Shown here one piece after another: positions 60,607-64,000 of a DNA stretch of 64,000 bases (its first letter is position 1; each line of letters starts with the position of its first letter). A program made the translations under genes and the position numbers. Below the pieces are notes generated by a model. It searched no databases, had not been told where the DNA came from, and saw only the letters and a list, made by a program, of their open reading frames with translations. The stretch spans positions 5,689 to 69,688 of the forward strand of contig CAZQEI010000005.1 in the NCBI GenBank assembly GCA_964592195.1. Reading direction: 5' to 3'. Source of the DNA: an uncultured Gammaproteobacteria bacterium. GTDB taxonomy: Bacteria > Patescibacteriota > Patescibacteriia > UBA11705.

Positions 60607-61605
60607 TTACTTTCCCAAGCGGCTCGCCATTTCAACTAACCGATGCGAATAGCCCCATTCATTATCATACCAAGCGAGAACTTTAACTAAATTACCACCA
60701 ACCACGCGAGTGAAATTTGAATCAACGATTGATGATGCTGTGGTGTTCAAAATATCCGTGGAAACTAATTCTTCATCAGTGACTTCCAACACACCTTTGA
60801 ATCGTGCAGTTTTTGAAGCTTTAATTAATGCCTTGTTCACTTCTTCCGCAGTAGTATTCTTTCTCAACACTGCCACCACGTCAATTAACGATCCGCAGAC
60901 AACTGGCACGCGAATGGAAATACCATCAAATTTATCTTTTAATTGTGGTAAAGTTAAAGCCGTAGCTTTGGCGGCACCCGTACTAGTTGGCACAATATTG
61001 CCAACGATTGAACGACCTTCTCTCCAATCTTTCGCATTAGCCATATCCACAGTACGTTGACTGGCAGTCGTGGCGTGAACAGTGGTTAACAAAGCTTTTT
61101 CCACGCCAAAAACTTCATCCAAAACTGCCATAACAGGAGCAGTACAATTAGTAGTGCAGGAAGCATTGGCTACCACCTTTTGACCTTTAGCTTTTTCCTC
61201 GTTAACACTACGAACAACAGTCACGACACCTTCACTCTTTGATGGCGCGGAAATCAAAACAGCTTTGGCTCCAGCTTTCAAATGTTTGGAAGCATCTTCC
61301 ATTTTGGTAAACACTCCGGTACATTCAAGCACCACATCCACCTTATGTTTTTTCCAGGGTAAAGCAGCCGGATCAGTGCCTTGATAAAAAGCGATTTTTT
61401 TATTATTAACAATTAAATAATTACCGCTGACACTAACCTTACCCTTAAACCGACCTTGCGAAGTATCGTACTTGAGTAAATACGCTAAGTTGTTCAAATC
61501 CCCCAAGTCATTGATCGCGACTACCTGCATGTCTTTTTTGCCCAAAATAATTTTGAGCGAGGCCCGGCCAATACGACCGAAACCATTGATGGCTACATTT
61601 TTCAT
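60607..61605 (-). CDS. gap: glyceraldehyde-3-phosphate dehydrogenase
   Basis: NGFGRIGR Rossmann motif and the ASCTTNCTAPV active-site Cys region. Confidence 0.95.
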   Translation of the reverse strand: MKNVAINGFGRIGRASLKIILGKKDMQVVAINDLGDLNNLAYLLKYDTSQGRFKGKVSVSGNYLIVNNKKIAFYQGTDPAALPWKKHKVDVVLECTGVFTKMEDASKHLKAGAKAVLISAPSKSEGVVTVVRSVNEEKAKGQKVVANASCTTNCTAPVMAVLDEVFGVEKALLTTVHATTASQRTVDMANAKDWREGRSIVGNIVPTSTGAAKATALTLPQLKDKFDGISIRVPVVCGSLIDVVAVLRKNTTAEEVNKALIKASKTARFKGVLEVTDEELVSTDILNTTASSIVDSNFTRVVGGNLVKVLAWYDNEWGYSHRLVEMASRLGK

Positions 61606-61821
61606 ACGTTAAGTTTATCAGTTAATAAGTTTGTAAGTTTACAAGTAATAATACAAAATTATCTTATGCTTATAAGCTTAGACACTTAGAAACTATTTAT
61701 TTTGCTATCTGAATTAATTATACCATAAAGCGGTAACCAAGAACACCGATTTATCCCCTGTTATTCATGATTTTCAATATAAAAAAACCGCCTCAAAAGA
61801 AGCGATTTTGTAGCTTTAAAA

Positions 61822-62022
61822 TTATTGATTAACCGCGGAAGAAATCAAGGATTGCAACTGATCATTCATGGTCTTGGTCTGGTAATACATGGATCCGAAC
61901 AAGGCGGTGAAAGTTAAAAAGATTATCACCATAAATATCAATAACACCACAGTAAATCCATGAAAATATCTAATCTCTGACTCCCACCAATTTGTTTTTG
62001 TTTTTTTTATTTTTGCTTTCAT
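61822..62022 (-). CDS. small membrane protein (66 aa)
   Basis: A single TM helix, speculative. Confidence 0.25.
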   Translation of the reverse strand: MKAKIKKTKTNWWESEIRYFHGFTVVLLIFMVIIFLTFTALFGSMYYQTKTMNDQLQSLISSAVNQ

Positions 62023-62043
62023 GTGATATCTCTACAAATCTTT

Positions 62044-62092
62044 TACGAATAAGAATTCGTTGATTCGTAGCTAATTTGTTATTAGTAGAGAC
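62044..62092. repeat. GTAG-rich intergenic repeat family R2, short copy v
   Basis: ttacgaataagaattcgttgattcgtagctaatttgttattagtag. Confidence 0.45.
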
Positions 62093-62154
62093 CCATGTTA
62101 TTAATTTAACAAAAAATCCCTCCCTATTTGCATCTTAATTATACCACTAATTTA

Positions 62155-62844
62155 TCAATCAAAGAATTGCAACTGAGAAAAAACGGTGGATAAATCACCA
62201 ACACGACAATCACCAGACAACTCAAATATTTTTTGTTTTTTAACATCAAAGTAAACAATCTTATTCACAGGGCAGCTAACATCACGTCCATTTTCATAAT
62301 TAAAAACAGGATATTCGTTTATCGTTTGAGATGCAAATAATTTACTTATCGCTTCTTCACGTGTCGGTGAAATCGTATTCCAACCGTAATCAAACACCGT
62401 ACACTCATTTAAGTTGCACGGCTCGCCGTTAAACCTCCAACTTTCCAAATACGTGCTTTGGTTACCGGTAAACATTCGCAATTGCGCGGGGGGAGAATTT
62501 TGACCAGTGCGCAATTCAATCGTGCCATCGGCTAACTCTACGACTTGATAATTTTGTGCAGTATTAACTTTCAAACCAAAACCAGCAGGATTATTAACAT
62601 AGGAGAATTCACCGTCAACCACCACAGGTTGCTCAACTTGTTTTTGCTTTACCACCTGTTGCCAGTTTTGCCATTGACTGGTAATTTCCCCTACTTGAGA
62701 TCTTGTTTGCCAAAACATATAACCGAGCAAAATAAAACCACCTACTAGAAAAATTATTATTACCCCCAAAATCAAGGTTAATCGTTGTTTACGTTTATAA
62801 TCATTAATTTGCTTCATACTAAACTGTTCTAACTTTTTTAACAT
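62155..62844 (-). CDS. hypothetical membrane-anchored protein (229 aa)
   Basis: An N-terminal TM helix and Gln/Trp-rich linker. No recognisable family. Confidence 0.3.
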   Translation of the reverse strand: MLKKLEQFSMKQINDYKRKQRLTLILGVIIIFLVGGFILLGYMFWQTRSQVGEITSQWQNWQQVVKQKQVEQPVVVDGEFSYVNNPAGFGLKVNTAQNYQVVELADGTIELRTGQNSPPAQLRMFTGNQSTYLESWRFNGEPCNLNECTVFDYGWNTISPTREEAISKLFASQTINEYPVFNYENGRDVSCPVNKIVYFDVKKQKIFELSGDCRVGDLSTVFSQLQFFD

Positions 62845-63910
62845 CCTCTTTAGCGTGACTCAAGCATCTTTCACCTAGTTCGTTCAATCGAACTATTAAA
62901 GATTTACGTTCACTTTTATATCTTTGATATTCAAAATTGGTTTCCGGTTCATCGCCCTGCGCAAAAGTTTTCTTTATTTCACTGTATTTATAATTATGAG
63001 CAGAAAAATCTTTTTTTATTTGTTCCAGGCGATCAATGTCCTCTGAATAATCAAAATATTCCATTAATGTTTTCAAATAACTAAACAGTAATTCAAACCA
63101 ACGGGTTCTCCATTTATTATTATACGCCGGATCTTCAACATCATAATCCATAGTATTTTCCACATTTAACGGGGAGGTAGAACCAGACATTGCCACCAAT
63201 TTCTTTAATCTTTCCAAAACCACGGGATCTACCGGTTTCTTTTCCATATGCAAATGTGGATCATCGTTGAATGATAAATATTTTTCAACCTGTTTAATCA
63301 GGGCCTGAATTTCGGTTAATTGCGTTTCCGTGGTTTCAGGAATTGGGCCACGTTGCCGATGTTTAATCGGCGACTGGGCAGGATCCAATTGTTGTTCGTC
63401 TTCGAAGGACATATTTTTATGTTTTAATTGCCAATTCAACGGATTGTTTTCAATATAGGCGCGAATTTTATTTAATGATTGTTCATTGCGAATAATGTGA
63501 TCGTAGAATGATTTTTGCCACACGAATTCATTATCACCATTTTCCCGAAAATATTTGGTAACGCCAATTTTAAAACCACGAACAATCGATGAAATGGATT
63601 TTGACCATTTTGTTTGCCATGGTAGGGAACAAACATTTTTGTTCCCTACGTTATGGTCAAAATATAATATTCCATGAATATGATCTGGCATTATAATATG
63701 ATAATCCAATCGACATTCGGGAAAATGTTTTGGTATATCCAACCAACAATCACGCACAAAAATACCATAATCATTTAAAACCATTTCACCATTAACAATA
63801 TTACCAAACCAAAACAATCTATTTTTCGTACAAATCGTTATATAATACCATCCCGCCTGCGAATAATCCCACCCACGCAATCGATTTAATTTTCGATTTT
63901 TCCCCTCCAT
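62819..63910 (-). CDS. REP-associated tyrosine transposase (RAYT)/IS200-like HuH transposase domain protein with long C-terminal extension
   Basis: The N-terminal about 140 aa carries the IS200/Y1 fold signatures GWDYSQAGWYYITICTKNR and the HuH motif MPDHIHGIL. It is followed by an unrelated charged extension of about 220 aa. Confidence 0.6.
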   Translation of the reverse strand: MEGKNRKLNRLRGWDYSQAGWYYITICTKNRLFWFGNIVNGEMVLNDYGIFVRDCWLDIPKHFPECRLDYHIIMPDHIHGILYFDHNVGNKNVCSLPWQTKWSKSISSIVRGFKIGVTKYFRENGDNEFVWQKSFYDHIIRNEQSLNKIRAYIENNPLNWQLKHKNMSFEDEQQLDPAQSPIKHRQRGPIPETTETQLTEIQALIKQVEKYLSFNDDPHLHMEKKPVDPVVLERLKKLVAMSGSTSPLNVENTMDYDVEDPAYNNKWRTRWFELLFSYLKTLMEYFDYSEDIDRLEQIKKDFSAHNYKYSEIKKTFAQGDEPETNFEYQRYKSERKSLIVRLNELGERCLSHAKEDVKKVRTV

Positions 63911-63917
63911 GGCATTA

Positions 63918-64000
63918 TTAAAATCGATTCACCCAATCACCAATATGAAATAAATCGCGACCGGTAATAAATAACATTAACGCAATCAAAATCGCAAAAC
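63918..64000 (-). CDS. C-terminal fragment of a membrane protein (gene starts beyond window end)
   Basis: The minus-strand frame reads ...FAILIALMLFITGRDLFHIGDWVNRF* and ends at the TAA at 63918-63920. Confidence 0.3.
   Translation of the reverse strand, partial: FAILIALMLFITGRDLFHIGDWVNRF

Overview
This is a 64 kb window of low-GC bacterial DNA in which almost every gene lies on the minus strand. The gene content and architecture resemble a reduced CPR/Patescibacteria-type genome, but that placement is an inference, not a database result.

Housekeeping content:
- gatC plus the start of gatA, ligA, and a glycolytic block (gap, pgk, eno, two tandem gpmI).
- A complete F1Fo ATP synthase operon (atpI/Z-B-E-F-H-A-G-D-C).
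- A group 3b-type [NiFe] hydrogenase operon (hydB-hydG ... hydD ... hydA) with a Zn-finger-less HypA-like gene.
- metG, rsmI, mutM, mltG, uppP, a ManC-like nucleotidyltransferase, tatD, cvpA, a prepilin peptidase, an EamA transporter, and a tRNA-Gly(CCC).

Three things stand out:
1. About 29% of the window is an expanded paralogous family of at least 17 genes. They share a conserved ~50-60 aa N-terminal module fused to at least four unrelated C-terminal architectures, arranged in four tandem arrays plus single copies. One copy sits between the hydrogenase small- and large-subunit genes; a prepilin peptidase and a standalone C39-like peptidase flank two of the arrays.
2. A ~1.55 kb GC-rich island (about 45952-47508, plus strand) has no coding frame. 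It starts at a perfect TTGACA-17-TATAAT promoter, ends in a textbook intrinsic terminator, and contains an internal ~65-nt repeat. It is a candidate large structured ncRNA or a foreign insertion.
3. The intergenic space carries several repeat families. These include a 20-bp perfect palindrome CCTGCCTGCCGGCAGGCAGG (5 copies), two composite MITE-like families (one rich in GTAG/CGTAG), short per-region word arrays, and a RAYT/IS200-like HuH transposase gene. One GC palindrome is inserted in-frame into mutM.

No CRISPR array or rRNA was found.
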